Shown: piece by piece, positions 1 to 9,801 of the stretch
Numbering within the stretch: position 1 is the first letter of the stretch
Layout: every line of letters begins with the position of its first letter
Assembly (NCBI GenBank): GCA_900541935.1
Contig: UQLZ01000001.1
Coordinates: forward strand, 19,019-83,018
Origin: an uncultured Prevotellaceae bacterium
Lineage (GTDB): Bacteria; Bacteroidota; Bacteroidia; Bacteroidales; Muribaculaceae
DNA length: 64,000 bases
Direction of reading: 5' to 3'
Notes under the pieces: generated by a model
The model's input: the letters and a program-made list of their open reading frames with translations, nothing else
Databases searched by the model: none
What the model was told of the DNA's origin: nothing
Position numbers and translations under genes: made by a program

Positions 1-788
1 GCTGATTTGACTCTGGCGAACATGTCAAATTTAAGCCCCATTTTGTTCACCCCAGCCATTACTGGAGCCGAGAAGTCGTTAAAGGCACAGGCACGGCTTT
101 TTTCAGAATCGGCGATAGCCTTTTTTATGTTTGCGTATTGCTCGGGATGTTCGTATTTGAAACTAAGATCTTCAAGTTCTGTTTTGATGGCGAATAGTCC
201 TAATCTGTGGGCGAGAGGAGCGTAGATATAAAGCGTTTCACCAGCAATTTTATATTGTTTGCTTGGTAACATTGATGAAAGAGTTCGCATATTATGCAGT
301 CTGTCGGCCATTTTGATGAGTATAACGCGAATGTCATCAGCCATTGTCAGCAGGAGTTTTCGAAAGTTTTCTGCTTGAGCGGAAGCCTTGTCACCGAAGA
401 TACCGCCAGAAATTTTTGTCAGACCGTCAACAAGAGATGCGATTTTTTTACCGAAGTTCATTTCGATGTCTTCGACAGTGTACTCCGTGTCCTCAACGAC
501 GTCGTGAAGGAATGCTGCGCAGATAGAAGTTGAGCCAAGTCCAATTTCTTGACTAACAATTTTAGCCACAGCGATAGGGTGCAGGATATACGGTTCTCCA
601 GAGCGCCGCCTGATTCCTTGGTGCGCGTTTTTTGCAAACTCGTATGCACGTTTTATTATTTCCACTTTTTTTCGGTGGTTGCTTTTAAGGTATCCGTTAA
701 GGACGTCCATAAATGCGTCGTCAATAAGTTTGTCTTCCTGCTCTTTCGTGAGGTTTAGTGAATTATAATCGCGATTAACGTCTTCCAT
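1..788 (-). CDS. RelA/SpoT-family (p)ppGpp synthetase/hydrolase, N-terminal HD hydrolase domain; the gene continues past the window start
   Basis: Reverse-strand translation from the ATG at 786-788 gives MEDVNRDYNS...HDVVEDT...HNMRTL. The HD motif and RelA/SpoT N-terminal pattern are present. An in-frame TAG lies just upstream of the ATG. Confidence 0.85.
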   Translation of the reverse strand, partial: MEDVNRDYNSLNLTKEQEDKLIDDAFMDVLNGYLKSNHRKKVEIIKRAYEFAKNAHQGIRRRSGEPYILHPIAVAKIVSQEIGLGSTSICAAFLHDVVEDTEYTVEDIEMNFGKKIASLVDGLTKISGGIFGDKASAQAENFRKLLLTMADDIRVILIKMADRLHNMRTLSSMLPSKQYKIAGETLYIYAPLAHRLGLFAIKTELEDLSFKYEHPEQYANIKKAIADSEKSRACAFNDFSAPVMAGVNKMGLKFDMFARVKS

Positions 789-975
789 AATTGTCTAAAA
801 GTAAAGATTGTGCCATTTACAAAATTAGCGATTATTATATGATATAATCAACTTTTTCAGCGAAAAAATTCTGTCGTTTATAAATCTGGCTGTTAAAAGT
901 ATCAAAGATACGAGGGGACAGGTCAAAAATTCATGACTCCGTCCCCTCGTATCTTGATGGTATATGAAATATATG

Positions 976-2685
976 CTATATCATTACTTTGAATTGCTTG
1001 TTGGCTAATGTAACAATATAGAAACCGGCAGGCATGCTTATACTGCTTTCGTGACCAGAGTAAACGAGTTTCCCGTTAACGTCAAAAATGCGTATTGGAT
1101 TATTGCCAGTTGTGCCTGTTACTGTAATTTTGCCTTCCGATGCGATAACTGTTATTGGAGTTGTGATATTTTGTTCTACAGAAGAAAAGTCAGATTCTGA
1201 TAAATTGTTGAATAGGTTCCAGTATTGGTCAGCGGAATATGCTTCTTTTGAGCCAGTTGGCACAAGGACGGAAGTTGAAGAGTAGTGGTTGTTGCTGAAT
1301 GTTGATTGAGATATAGTAGGAGGGACTGTGTTTTTTACTTCGATGGTTTGTAATGCGTTGCAACCGAGGAATGCCTGAGTTTTTATCTTCTTAATGCCGT
1401 TGCCAATTGATATTCTTGTTAGTCCAGAGCAGTCTCTGAATGCTCGTGTTCCAATTTCTGTAACAGAAGCGGGAATGCTAATGCTGTTTAACCCAATGCA
1501 GCCGTAGAAGGCGTAGTCACCAATGGTTTTAACGTCTTCAGGTATTTGCAAGTCAGTAACTTCTTGCCCGTTTACAAACAAATGTCCGGCATGGAATAAA
1601 GGGTTTCCTTCGCCTGAAAAGTTTATTGAGCACCAGCCAGACAAATTTGCAATATCTACTCGATTAAGAGCGTAGCAATGGTAGAATGCGTCGTTTCCAA
1701 TGTTATTTATGTTTTCACCAAAAGACACAGTTTCAATTCCAGAGCAGTTTTTGAAGGCGTTATTTCCGATTTTTGTTACTGAATTGCCAATGCTGAGAGT
1801 TTCAGCATTATAGCAACTTAGGAAAGCGCCAATGCCTATTGTCTGGAGGTTTTCACCAGTTGAAATGTTTCTAATGCTTGTGCAATAAGAGAAAGCGTAT
1901 TGCTTGATTTCTGTTACTGTTGAGGGAATAACAAGGTCTGTGACTTCTTTTCCGTTTAAGAATAAAGAGGCGTATGTTGAAAGCGGGTTGCTTTCACCAT
2001 ATTGAAAATCTATGTTGCACCAAGCGGCCAAGTCGCATATTTCTATTTTTTTAAGTTTTAGACAACCGTAGAAAACGGAATTTCCAAATTTTTTTACTGA
2101 AGCGGGGAAAGATAAGGATTCCAGTTTGGCGCATTGTCGGAAAGCGTAGTTTTTCACTTCAGTCAATGATTCAGGCAATGTTACAGATGTCAGTTCGCCG
2201 CATTCTTGGAAAAGACCTTCTGGAATGATTTTAACATTATCTCCAAAAGTGGCGGTTTTCAGAGTTGTTGAGTAAGTCAACGGTCCGTAGGAGTATTTCA
2301 ATTCTCTGCCGATATATATTTATTCTATAGGGCAGTTGGTGAAAATGCCGCTTTTGTAGTCATTTGAAGAGAAACCGCATCCCAATTTCAAAACGCCATC
2401 ACCTTCAGCAAAAGTGATTTTTTTAGCATTTTTGCATAAGTCGAAAGTGCCGTCAGCAATTGATGCAACTATATAGTTTGCCTGATTTGCCGAGATTGTT
2501 GCCGGGATTGTGATTTCTATAATTGCCGGGTCCTCAATGCTGATAACTTGAGCAGTTCCGTCGTCTTGCAAGGAGTATTTTATTCCGTCAATTACTGTGT
2601 CTGATGCTGAAAGTGCAGAAATAGGAAAAGCGAAAAAGACTGTTGCTAATAGAAACAATCTAAGGAAATTAGTTAGATATTTCAT
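976..2685 (-). pseudogene. BspA-type leucine-rich-repeat surface protein with T9SS C-terminal sorting domain, interrupted by an in-frame TAA at 2320-2322
   Basis: The N-terminal ORF (2320..2685) has a signal peptide (MKYLTNFLRLFLLATVFFAFPISALSA). The body ORF (976..2301) has no ATG; its called M is a TTG. It is in the same frame directly after the TAA (..NCPIE*IYIGRELKYSY..). Both pieces carry LRR_5-like repeats (IGNNAFKNCSGIETV.., AFYGC..L). The C-terminus (..IRIFDVNGKLVYSG...GFYIVTL..) looks like a Por secretion tail. Confidence 0.7.
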
Positions 2686-2768
2686 ATAAAATTCAATTAT
2701 AAAAACGGCTGTAAAGATAGCGAAAAAATGAATTTTTGGAATGCGTCGGCAGACTTTTTTGTAAAAAA

Positions 2769-3389
2769 TCAGTATTTTCCCGAGCGGATTCTGTAAAGCG
2801 TTTCCTTGGTGATGTTTAGGAATGAAGCCAGTTGGGTAAGTGACACAGATTCAAGGATTCTCGGATGCTTTTTCATGACCCATTTGTATCTGTCCTTCGC
2901 CTCCATACGCAGCATAATCATCATGCTTTCCATATATTTTATTTGGTTTACTAATGCTGTTTCTACGAAATGGTGGAATTTTTCGTTGGCGAGAGATGGC
3001 AGTTTTTGGCGGTTGTTTGTGGACGTGAAGCATACTTCAGTGTCTTCAAGAAACTGTACAAACACGTTAAGCCCTCTCTGGCTTTCCGTATATGGAATCA
3101 TAATGAATTCGTCGTCAAAGGAGAATGAGTAGTTGTATTCTTTACCGTTCTCGATATAGTATGTTCTTGCCACTCCTTTGACGATGAAGAAGTGGTTTTT
3201 GAAAATCTCGGTTGTGTCAGTGATTATGTATCCTTTTTCGTAAAGTCTGAATCTAAGGGCATCGAAGATAATCTTCTCTTCCTCAGACGAGATAGAGAAG
3301 AGTTTGCGAATATCGTTAATGAACTTGACCGATTTTGCTTCGTTGTCCTTATAGAGATTCGAGGATGTTGGATACTTTTTGTTTGACAT
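2769..3389 (-). CDS. Crp/Fnr-family transcriptional regulator
   Basis: 206 aa. Central cNMP-binding-like region and C-terminal HTH (SLTQLASFLNITKETLYRIR). The ATG at 3387-3389 overlaps the ispH 3' end by 41 nt. Confidence 0.7.
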   Translation of the reverse strand: MSNKKYPTSSNLYKDNEAKSVKFINDIRKLFSISSEEEKIIFDALRFRLYEKGYIITDTTEIFKNHFFIVKGVARTYYIENGKEYNYSFSFDDEFIMIPYTESQRGLNVFVQFLEDTEVCFTSTNNRQKLPSLANEKFHHFVETALVNQIKYMESMMIMLRMEAKDRYKWVMKKHPRILESVSLTQLASFLNITKETLYRIRSGKY

Positions 3390-4215
3390 TGCTCATTAGC
3401 CATGAAGGGGTTGAGGTTGCACCGCAAATGCCGATAGTAGTAACACCGTTCAGCCATTCCGGGTTAATGTCCTCTTCCGCATAAATAATTTTAGTGTTGC
3501 TGTTAGCCGCCTTGCATTCGTTGAAAAGAATCATGCCGTTGCTGCTTTTCTTTCCGCTAACGAAAAGAATTAGTTCGTGCTCGGTTGCAAATTTTCTTAT
3601 ACGCGGCATTCTGTTTGCTACTTGCCGGCAGATTGTGTCGTGACATTCAAAACCTGATTTCGGGTTCCTGCTTCGTATTTCGTTCTCTATTTGCTTCAGT
3701 CCCTCAAGGGATTTGGTTGTTTGCGAGTATAGAACGATGTCGCGGGAGAAGTCGATATTGTCCACGCCGTCGATATTTTCCACAACAATGGCATTTCCGT
3801 CAGTCTGACCGACAAGACCGTTAACTTCTGCGTGACCTAATTTCCCGTAAATGACAATTTGTGGGTTGTTTGGTTCGTTATATGATTTTTTTATCCGTTG
3901 CTGCAGTTTCAGGACAACAGGGCATGTTGCATCGATAACTTCGATACCGTTTTCTTTTGCAATTCGGTATGTTTCAGGCGGTTCTCCGTGTGCACGAAGC
4001 AGCACTTTGACGTTTTTAAGCGTTTTCAGGTCATCGTGGGTTATTGTTATGAGCCCTTTTCTTTTCAGTCTTTCCACTTCCTGAGAGTTGTGCACAATAT
4101 CGCCAAGGCAGAAAAGTTTTCCTGATTTTTCAAGTTCCTCTTCCGCTTTTTTTATTGCGGAAACAACGCCGGGGCAGAATCCTGAATCTTTGTCAATTTC
4201 GATGCGAACGTCCAT
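3349..4215 (-). CDS. ispH: 4-hydroxy-3-methylbut-2-enyl diphosphate reductase (IspH/LytB)
   Basis: Motifs GFCPGV, DATCPVV, HDTIC and CGATSTP (three Cys ligands of the 4Fe-4S cluster). Start chosen at MDVRIEID (4213-4215), which forms a TAATG overlap with the cmk stop. Confidence 0.9.
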   Translation of the reverse strand: MDVRIEIDKDSGFCPGVVSAIKKAEEELEKSGKLFCLGDIVHNSQEVERLKRKGLITITHDDLKTLKNVKVLLRAHGEPPETYRIAKENGIEVIDATCPVVLKLQQRIKKSYNEPNNPQIVIYGKLGHAEVNGLVGQTDGNAIVVENIDGVDNIDFSRDIVLYSQTTKSLEGLKQIENEIRSRNPKSGFECHDTICRQVANRMPRIRKFATEHELILFVSGKKSSNGMILFNECKAANSNTKIIYAEEDINPEWLNGVTTIGICGATSTPSWLMSNVKQKVSNILESL

Positions 4216-4910
4216 TATAGTTTGGCTATTATAGAGTTGTACAAATCCAAAAGCCATTTGTCTTGTTCCTCGATAGTCATGTTTGAGTTGTCGAGTTCAA
4301 TGGCGTCATCTGCTTTTCTTAGTGGGTTTTCGGCACGGTGCGTGTCGATATAGTCGCGTTCGCAAACGTTTTTGTAAACTTCTTCGTAAGTTATTTCATC
4401 ACCTTTCGCTTTCAGTTCATCGAAGCGTCTTTTTGCTCTTGTTTCAGCAGAGGCGTTTACGTAAACCTTCATTTCTGCGTCAGGGAAAACAACGGTGCCA
4501 ATATCTCTTCCGTCCATTACGATACCTTTATCTTTTCCCATTGCCTGCTGCTGCTTGACGAGTTCACTACGCACGAAAGGCACTGCGGCAACGATGCTTA
4601 CCTTGTTTGAAACAGGCATCTGACGGATTTCCTTTTCAACGTTTTCACCGTTAAGGTAAGTTTCAGACTTTCCGTCGTTGTTGATAAAACGTATTTCGAT
4701 GCCGTCCATCATGGATTGCAGTTTGTCGGTATTTAATTCATTTCCGTTGAATAGGTTGTTTCTCAAGCAGAAAAGAGTGACGGCACGGTACATTGCACCG
4801 GTGTCGATATAAGCGTAACCGATTTTCTTAGCGAGGCATTTAGCCATAGTGCTTTTGCCGGAAGAAGAAAATCCGTCGAAAGCAATAGTTATGAGATTGT
4901 TTTTAGTCAT
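4215..4910 (-). CDS. cmk: cytidylate kinase
   Basis: MTKNNLITIAFDGFSSSGKST P-loop and the Cmk family pattern. The first ATG (4908-4910) was used rather than the upstream TTG-extended ORF. Confidence 0.9.
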   Translation of the reverse strand: MTKNNLITIAFDGFSSSGKSTMAKCLAKKIGYAYIDTGAMYRAVTLFCLRNNLFNGNELNTDKLQSMMDGIEIRFINNDGKSETYLNGENVEKEIRQMPVSNKVSIVAAVPFVRSELVKQQQAMGKDKGIVMDGRDIGTVVFPDAEMKVYVNASAETRAKRRFDELKAKGDEITYEEVYKNVCERDYIDTHRAENPLRKADDAIELDNSNMTIEEQDKWLLDLYNSIIAKL

Positions 4911-5937
4911 TGTTCTTAAATTCGTAAAGATTAGTAGAAAAGTTAACCATAAAAGTAGTTCCACCGATATGGGGTTGAGCAAATGCTATTCCAACTCTCA
5001 GTTTTGAAGTGTTCAGCCCGGCAGCGGCAGAAAAACCTGAAAGGAAATTCCTTGAGTAAGTAGCCATATCGGTTTTTGTTTTGTGGTTATATCCCAAGCC
5101 GATATAGAATTTTTCAGTAGGCGCGTATTCGAGAGCGAAAACCATGTGCCTGAACAGATTGCTGATAAATTTGCTTTTCAGTTCGAGGGCGGAGTTAGGG
5201 TCGTTGTCATCTATTCTGTCGTAGTAAGGTAGTTTCATTTTGCTCAAGTTATGAGCGGTAATTGACAGCCTGAAAGGACTGTTGCCTAAAGTTTGGGAAT
5301 AACCTAATTGGATGTCCCAAGGAAGTCTGTCGTAATGGTCGTTGAATCTTTTTACTTGCCCGCCAAGGTTTTTCGCAACGATAGATAGTGATAAGTCTTT
5401 GTCTGGATTATAATAGTTAAAACCAAGGTCTGCAGCAATTGCCATTGCAGAATATTGCTCGTAACTTGACTGTATGAATTTAAGTGAAATTCCACCACGA
5501 ATCCTGTCGTTAAAGTCGTGTGAATAAGAGCCTGTAATGATGATGTCTCGAGGGTTAAAAGTACCCAATTCCACTCCATTCTCATCTCTGTTAGTCATAG
5601 AGCCATAACCGAAATATTGTATTCCGGCAGCCCACGCAGAATGTTCGCCGGCTTCTTTGCCAAATCTGACAGAAGCGAAGTTGCTTCCGCCGAGGTATCT
5701 CATATAACTTACACCGAGTTGCATGTCAACTTCAGAACCTAAAAGGGCAGGGTTCTGCTCATAGAGGTTAATGTCGTCGTCAATAATTGAAATATTTGTT
5801 CCGCCTAACCCATAGGCGTGTGAAGAGGTTGTGACATTCAGAAAATTATATGCAGTTCTCCCGTCCTGAGCATTGGAGAGCAGGCACACGGCAAATGACG
5901 CAAATGTCAGCAGATATTTTAATAAAAACTTATTCAT
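4903..5937 (-). CDS. outer-membrane beta-barrel protein, PorQ-like (T9SS-associated family)
   Basis: Signal peptide MNKFLLKYLLTFASFAVCLLSNAQ. About 345 aa with alternating beta-strand pattern and a C-terminal aromatic residue. From memory, PorQ-family genes sit beside cmk and ispH in several Bacteroidetes. This is an assignment by recollection, not a computed hit. Confidence 0.5.
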   Translation of the reverse strand: MNKFLLKYLLTFASFAVCLLSNAQDGRTAYNFLNVTTSSHAYGLGGTNISIIDDDINLYEQNPALLGSEVDMQLGVSYMRYLGGSNFASVRFGKEAGEHSAWAAGIQYFGYGSMTNRDENGVELGTFNPRDIIITGSYSHDFNDRIRGGISLKFIQSSYEQYSAMAIAADLGFNYYNPDKDLSLSIVAKNLGGQVKRFNDHYDRLPWDIQLGYSQTLGNSPFRLSITAHNLSKMKLPYYDRIDDNDPNSALELKSKFISNLFRHMVFALEYAPTEKFYIGLGYNHKTKTDMATYSRNFLSGFSAAAGLNTSKLRVGIAFAQPHIGGTTFMVNFSTNLYEFKNND

Positions 5938-6242
5938 AGATAAAATGACATACTGATGCCATAAATAATAACGCAAAAATAGGGATAATAGTGTATAAAT
6001 TCAAAACAAAAGTAATAAGCAATATTATTAATAACATTTAGTAACAGAAAACAGAATGTTCTTAACGGAATGTTTTCTTAAAATATATTTATAGAAAATG
6101 GTGAAAATCAGAATATGAGAGGCTCAAAATGCAAGTATTTTGTGAAAAAAAACAAAACAAATTCAAATTAACACAATTCGATATTATATCTATTGCAGTT
6201 TTGCATTTCAGGCTCTATATTTGCGAAAGATAAAAGCAGAAT

Positions 6243-6683
6243 ATGTGTAAGTCTTTAGGAATATTAACTCTCATCTCTCTGTTAGGGATGCTTGGCTTTG
6301 ACACCTATAGTCAAGTTACGCGAGTTGCAATAGAGAATCCTTGTGGAAAAAGTGCCAATTATATAGACGTATATGAATATGACTATGTTGAAGAGCAGCC
6401 TCAATTTCCAGGAGGTGACCGCGGTTTGATAAATTATATCAACAGTACGCGAGAATATCCTTACGAGGCGTACGAGCACCGCATACAAGGCCGCGTTATT
6501 TGCAGTTTTGTGGTTAATTCAGACGGAACAATCTGCAATATATCAATATTGTCGCGGACACATCCTCTTCTTAACCATGAGGCAGTCCGCATAATCAAAG
6601 GAATGCCGGTATGGCGGGCAGGCAAGATGCATGGAGAGAATGTTCCGGTTCGGTGTATTTTGCCAATAGCATTCCGTCTTTAG
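6243..6683 (+). CDS. TonB C-terminal-domain protein (secreted, standalone)
   Basis: 146 aa with signal peptide. EEQPQFPGGDRGLINYI...YPYEAYEHRIQGRVICSFVVNSDGTICNISILSRTHPLLNHEAVRIIKGMPVWRAG matches the TonB_C fold signature. There is no TM anchor and no Pro-rich spacer. Confidence 0.6.
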   Translation: MCKSLGILTLISLLGMLGFDTYSQVTRVAIENPCGKSANYIDVYEYDYVEEQPQFPGGDRGLINYINSTREYPYEAYEHRIQGRVICSFVVNSDGTICNISILSRTHPLLNHEAVRIIKGMPVWRAGKMHGENVPVRCILPIAFRL

Positions 6684-6893
6684 TATGACCTAATACAAAT
6701 CTTTTTCATAATCTTATATTTTGCCTCCTAACCCGTTGATGGGTGCAGGAGGTTTTTTTATAGTAGGTCGGTAAAAAAGAGATATTATCCTGATTTAATT
6801 TGTAATTTTGCATAATATATGAATCGGGTTGGCTTATTTGCAATAAAATGGTGATTTTTGCGTTATAGGTTTGTATTATATTTATCATTGAAA

Positions 6894-8315
6894 ATGAGGA
6901 GTTTATTAATAATATTTTCGGTGTTGTTCATTGTGGGGTTTGCTTCGTGCATTGAAGATGATTTCACAACGAGCAGTAGTGATGTGCTTGAGTTTTCGAC
7001 AGATACACTCAGTTTTGATACTGTTTTTACAGGTGAAGTAACAGCGACAAAGCGTTTTTTGGTTTATAACCGTCACAAAAAACAATTGAATATAGAGCGC
7101 ATATCGCTTGCTGGAGCACCTGAAGGGGCAAAATTCTATCTTAATGTTGACGGAAGGAGTGGCGAGGCTTTCCAAGATGTTGAGGTTCGAGGAGAAGACA
7201 GTATTTATGTTTTTGTTGAGGCTCGAGTTGAATCAAATAATGAAGATTTGCCGTTTGATGTATTTGATAATCTGAATTTTGTTACAAATGGTGTTGTTCA
7301 GACTGTTGTTTTGCGAGCTGCAGGGCAGAATGCTAATACTCTACGCAGCGTTCGCATTACGGAAAATACGACATTCGACGGAGAGCGTCCGTATAGGATT
7401 ATGGATAGCGTTATTGTAGAGGAAGGGGCTACTCTGACGATTCCAGCGGGAAAGACTGTATATTTCCATGATAAGGCTTGGCTGGAAGTGCGTGGAAAAC
7501 TTATTGCCAAAGGAAGTGTTGATGAAAATATTATTTTCCGTGCAGACCGTCTTGACAAGGTTGCCGGGTCTATCCCCTTTGAACTGATGGCAGGCCAATG
7601 GGGAGGAATAAGGCTGGCAAAAGAAAGTTTCGGCAATGAGTTTGCCTATGTTTACATGCATGGGTCGTCGTTTGGCTTGGAGGCTGATTCTTGCGGAGTA
7701 ACGGATAAGTCAAAGATAAATTTGTTTAATTCAGTACTGCATAATTCATCAGGTTCGGTTTTAAAGGCATCGCATTGTAAAATAGATGCTGTTGGCTGTG
7801 AGTTTTCAGATTGTAAGAATGGAGTTTTGGATTTAACAGGTGGTACATATACATTTAATAACTGTACTTTTGCCAATTATTATCTTTTTGATGCAATAAC
7901 AAGTCCTATTCTAACACTGTCGTATCTGATGCCTGATGATAAGATTTATTCGAATCCGCTAATGGAGGCAGATTTTAATAACTGTGTTGTTTATGGCAAT
8001 TCTTCAGATATCAGTCATGGGGACCTTTTGGGAAGTAAGGTGAGGTTGCGTAATTGCCTGCTTCGCTCACGTGGAGAGGATGACGCTAATTTTATCAACT
8101 GTGTATGGGGTGAAGATCCTCTATATTATACAGTTAGAGAAGACTATATCTTTGATTACCGCCTACGCAACGAAAGCCCGGCAATCGGTAAAGGTTCAAT
8201 CGGTTTGATGCCGGAGAGTGCGCGATATGATTTTTACGGCAACGACCGCAAGTCAGCGACTGGCCTTGATTTGGGGGCTTATGTATGGATTGAGAAGAAA
8301 GAAGAAAAGAAATGA
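6894..8315 (+). CDS. hypothetical lipoprotein, possible right-handed beta-helix repeats
   Basis: Lipobox ..FIVGFASC. Repeated N-C-x motifs (NNCTFANYY, NNCVVYGN, LRNCLLRS) suggest parallel beta-helix repeats. First ATG is at 6894; the upstream M call is a TTG. Confidence 0.6.
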   Translation: MRSLLIIFSVLFIVGFASCIEDDFTTSSSDVLEFSTDTLSFDTVFTGEVTATKRFLVYNRHKKQLNIERISLAGAPEGAKFYLNVDGRSGEAFQDVEVRGEDSIYVFVEARVESNNEDLPFDVFDNLNFVTNGVVQTVVLRAAGQNANTLRSVRITENTTFDGERPYRIMDSVIVEEGATLTIPAGKTVYFHDKAWLEVRGKLIAKGSVDENIIFRADRLDKVAGSIPFELMAGQWGGIRLAKESFGNEFAYVYMHGSSFGLEADSCGVTDKSKINLFNSVLHNSSGSVLKASHCKIDAVGCEFSDCKNGVLDLTGGTYTFNNCTFANYYLFDAITSPILTLSYLMPDDKIYSNPLMEADFNNCVVYGNSSDISHGDLLGSKVRLRNCLLRSRGEDDANFINCVWGEDPLYYTVREDYIFDYRLRNESPAIGKGSIGLMPESARYDFYGNDRKSATGLDLGAYVWIEKKEEKK

Positions 8316-8659
8316 ATACGAGAATTTCAATAACGGTGCGCATGCATGCATATCACGGGGTAATGCCGCAGGAGCGTCAGGTAGGTAATGACTTTGTCGT
8401 TGCATTGACTGTTGACTATCCCTTTGAATCTGCAATGAGCAGTGATGCCCTTGAAGATACTCTGAGTTATGCGGATGTATCTGCTGTTGTTAGTCGAGAG
8501 ATGGCAGAACCGTCACAATTGCTTGAGCATGTTGCCGGTAGAATAATAGGGTCATTGAAACAAGAGTTTCCCAAAATAACAGGAGGTAAGATTAGGATAA
8601 CAAAAGTAAAGCCACCAATAGCGGGAGATGTTGTCGCTGCCGTAGAAGTAGAGTGGTAG
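8312..8659 (+). CDS. folB: dihydroneopterin aldolase
   Basis: HGVMPQERQVGNDFVVALTVDY...SDALEDTLSYADVSAVV matches the FolB signature. ATGA overlap with the upstream gene. Confidence 0.8.
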   Translation: MNTRISITVRMHAYHGVMPQERQVGNDFVVALTVDYPFESAMSSDALEDTLSYADVSAVVSREMAEPSQLLEHVAGRIIGSLKQEFPKITGGKIRITKVKPPIAGDVVAAVEVEW

Positions 8660-8708
8660 TAAATGAACATATAGACACAAACAATTGTTTTAGGAAAAAA
8701 GATTTGTT

Positions 8709-9059
8709 ATGGTATTTCAATGTGCCATCATCTTCGGATGCTTGGCTTTAGGAGAGTTGGTGGTTTGGCTTACAGGCATCAAACTGCCGTCAAGTATTAT
8801 CGGCATGCTATTGCTGACATTCTTTTTGCGAATGAAGTGGATAAAATTGCGTTGGGTAGAAGGCATATCCAATTTTCTTGTAAAGAATCTGGGATTCTTC
8901 TTTGTTCCGCCTGGAGTTGCGTTGATGCTTTATCTTGACGTCATAAAGGCGCAGTTGCTGCCAATTTTAATAGCATCGGTTGTCAGTACTGTTATAGTGA
9001 TAATAGTTACGGGTTGGATTCATCAAGTTGTTAGAAAAATTCAGAATGGAATACATTAA
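8709..9059 (+). CDS. CidA/LrgA-family holin-like membrane protein
   Basis: 116 aa with four predicted TM helices. Typical LrgA size, and it is paired with an LrgB-like gene. Confidence 0.7.
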   Translation: MVFQCAIIFGCLALGELVVWLTGIKLPSSIIGMLLLTFFLRMKWIKLRWVEGISNFLVKNLGFFFVPPGVALMLYLDVIKAQLLPILIASVVSTVIVIIVTGWIHQVVRKIQNGIH

Positions 9060-9741
9060 TAATCCCTATTTTCTACTTGCATTGACATTTTGTGTTTTTG
9101 CGGTAGCACAGATATATCAGAAAAAGTTGAATAGTAGTCTGTTTAATCCTATTTTGATAACGATTTCTCTGATAATTATCTTTCTGCTTGTTTTCGATAT
9201 TCCCTTTGAAACGTATCAGCAGAGTGGCCAGTATATAGACTTTTGGTTGAAGCCAGCAGTGGTTGCGTTGGGAGTTCCATTATATAAGCAGTTATCAACA
9301 ATAAAGAAGCAGTTGCTGCCCATATTGCTGTCTGCTTTAGGCGGTTGTGTGTCAGGAGTTATATCAGTAGTCTTTGTCGCCGAGATGTGTGGTGCATCAC
9401 GCGAGATAGTTATGTCGCTTGCAGCCAAATCAGTAACTACTCCGATTGCAATGGAGGTAACAGAGTCACTTGGAGGTATTCCGTCGCTGACAGCAGCGGT
9501 AGTTGTTGCCGTTGGAATCTTTGGAGGGATGACAGGATTCACAGTAATGCGTTATTCACATGTTGATAGCCCTATCGCACAAGGATTGTCATTAGGCGCG
9601 GCAGCACATGCAGTGGGCACATCACGAGCAATTGGAGTTAGTGACCGTTATGGAGCCTTTGCCAGCCTTGGTTTGACTCTGAATGGAATTTTTACGGCAC
9701 TTCTTACTCCAACAATCTTGAGGTTAATGGGATATTTTTAG
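9046..9741 (+). CDS. LrgB/CidB-family membrane protein
   Basis: About 231 aa polytopic membrane protein immediately after the LrgA-like gene, overlapping it by 14 nt. Confidence 0.7.
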   Translation: MEYINNPYFLLALTFCVFAVAQIYQKKLNSSLFNPILITISLIIIFLLVFDIPFETYQQSGQYIDFWLKPAVVALGVPLYKQLSTIKKQLLPILLSALGGCVSGVISVVFVAEMCGASREIVMSLAAKSVTTPIAMEVTESLGGIPSLTAAVVVAVGIFGGMTGFTVMRYSHVDSPIAQGLSLGAAAHAVGTSRAIGVSDRYGAFASLGLTLNGIFTALLTPTILRLMGYF

Positions 9742-9801
9742 TGCTAAAAATTTGATATTATATATATTTTGCTCATTTTTGCAATAATAAAAATTACTGA
9801 T

